Assembly (NCBI GenBank): GCA_965649055.1
Contig: CBFGJG010000007.1
Span: 1-40,026 of the forward strand
Direction: 5' to 3'
DNA length: 40,026 nt
From: a candidate division WOR-3 bacterium
Lineage (GTDB): Bacteria > Hydrothermota > UBA3072 > B12-G15
Below are positions 38,758 to 40,026 of this stretch, one piece after another; the first letter of the stretch is position 1; each line of letters opens with the position of its first letter. Made by a program: the position numbers and the translations under genes. The notes below the pieces were generated by a model, which searched no databases, was not told the DNA's origin, and saw nothing but the letters and a program-made list of their open reading frames with translations.

Positions 38758-39785
38758 TCAAAAATCCTCCCAATTTTTTTTATGGTCTTTGACATATCGT
38801 CAAGCATTGTCATCCATTGAATATTGTAATAGATAGGATTTAAAAAATCATTATACCTGTATTCTTCTATTTTCTTCACCATTTCAATAACAGAGTCTTC
38901 AATACCTTCTTCAGGGACAAACCCAAGCTTCCTTTTTAACTTTTCATTCGAAATTCTATAGGAGCGCGTCTTAAAATTTGAATAATCAGGTTCTATATCA
39001 ATCTTTATCTTGTAATAATCACATAGTGTTTTTCTTATCCTTAATGCAAGTTCTGATATCCTGAAATTTCTATAGCACAGATTGAATATCTCACCTTTCA
39101 CATCTTTCTCATCTGCTTCCGAAAGAAGTATGAATGCATTTGCAGCATCGTTAACACTTGCAAGTGGTCTCCACATCTCACCGCCACAATTCAGATATAA
39201 TTTACCTTTTGTTAGCGCATCTTTTAAGAATGTATTAACAACAAGGTCATACCTCATCCTTGGACTGAAACCAAAAATCGTTCCTTGTCTTAATATAACA
39301 GGAGAAAAGTTTTCATCCATAAGTTTTAACAAAATCCTTTCAGCATTATATTTCGAAACTGCATAAGCAGCCCTCGGTTCAACTAAAGAATCTTCCGTCT
39401 TTATATCATCCGGTGCAAAAAAACCCATATCGTATATAGATGCACTTGATGCAAAAACAAATCTTTTAACACCAACCTTCTTACACAGTAAAGCGAGTTT
39501 TTCAGTTCCTTTTGTATTCATCTCTTCATTTGCCTTTGGATTGTATTCTGCAGTCGGGTCATTTGAAAGCCCTGCAAGATGAATAACAGTATCAACACCC
39601 TGTAAGACAGATTCATCAACATCCCTTATATCTTTTATAACTATCTCAAGTTTATCTTTAACATCCTTTATCCCTATATCAGTAAAGAAAAAGGTTTCAA
39701 GTATCCTTACCCTTTCTCCTTTATCAAGGAGTTTTCTTACAAGGACAGAACCAATATATCCTGCACCGCCGGTAACAAGTATCAT
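38754..39785 (-). CDS. NAD-dependent nucleotide-sugar epimerase/dehydratase (extended SDR)
   Basis: TGGAGYIG, HLAGLSNDP, YAVSK, SPRMRYDLVVN. Confidence 0.92.
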   Translation of the reverse strand: MILVTGGAGYIGSVLVRKLLDKGERVRILETFFFTDIGIKDVKDKLEIVIKDIRDVDESVLQGVDTVIHLAGLSNDPTAEYNPKANEEMNTKGTEKLALLCKKVGVKRFVFASSASIYDMGFFAPDDIKTEDSLVEPRAAYAVSKYNAERILLKLMDENFSPVILRQGTIFGFSPRMRYDLVVNTFLKDALTKGKLYLNCGGEMWRPLASVNDAANAFILLSEADEKDVKGEIFNLCYRNFRISELALRIRKTLCDYYKIKIDIEPDYSNFKTRSYRISNEKLKRKLGFVPEEGIEDSVIEMVKKIEEYRYNDFLNPIYYNIQWMTMLDDMSKTIKKIGRIFE

Positions 39786-39786
39786 T

Positions 39787-40026
39787 TTATCTCCCTTTTA
39801 TTGTCCATACATCACCAAAACTATCAGGTGGTATCCTGATCTCATCAGGTTTTTCCCTATTGTATGTATGGCTTGCAATGCTTATAAGAACTGTATCATC
39901 TTCAAGAGACATCCATCCATGATATACACCGGGTGGAACAACTATCAACTTTGGATTCCTTGAGCTTGCGATAATCTGCATCATTTCACCATATGTTTTG
40001 CTATCTTTTCTATCATCTTTCAAAAC
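39787..40026 (-). CDS. RfbC/RmlC-like cupin sugar epimerase, 5' part outside the window
   Basis: DDRKDSKTYG, VPPGVYHG; frame open to the window edge. Confidence 0.8.
   Translation of the reverse strand, partial: VLKDDRKDSKTYGEMMQIIASSRNPKLIVVPPGVYHGWMSLEDDTVLISIASHTYNREKPDEIRIPPDSFGDVWTIKGR

Noticed and set aside
13019..39366. Antisense ORFs such as 15004-15444, 17005-17454, 33853-34416 and 39082-39366 (also 6172-6699)
   Set aside because: Shadow frames opposite well-supported genes
1..40026. tRNA, rRNA, integrase or transposase genes
   Set aside because: None recognised; island boundaries could not be tied to att sites

Overview
AT-rich window from a diderm (Gram-negative), probably anaerobic bacterium; WOR-3/FCB-like by gene content, which is an impression only. 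Bases 1-12000 hold an apparently undescribed radical-SAM RiPP cluster. A sigma54-type promoter with an upstream enhancer palindrome precedes a 50-aa Gly/Cys-rich precursor (235-387) missing from the ORF track. It is followed by a hairpin, a radical SAM/SPASM maturase, two Yip1-type proteins, two ABC-2 systems and a MacAB-TolC exporter. A scar at 4504-4887 fuses the end of a second SPASM enzyme to the end of an ABC ATPase, and the next two genes are frameshifted. The rest of the window holds a HEPN/MNT pair, an amrS-ABC operon, a TPR-GGDEF gene that appears to start at ATA, a bamA-skp-lpxD-lptD envelope operon, a methyltransferase/ATP-grasp fusion, a lone rnfB, lgt, a TonB-dependent receptor, a zinc-ribbon operon whose first gene has a nonsense codon, a REP-like repeat cluster and nucleotide-sugar genes. 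Two patterns recur across the window. Housekeeping promoters have a 16-bp spacer and several appear leaderless. All five outer-membrane barrel/channel proteins have very short, uncharged signal peptides, four of them followed by Gln.
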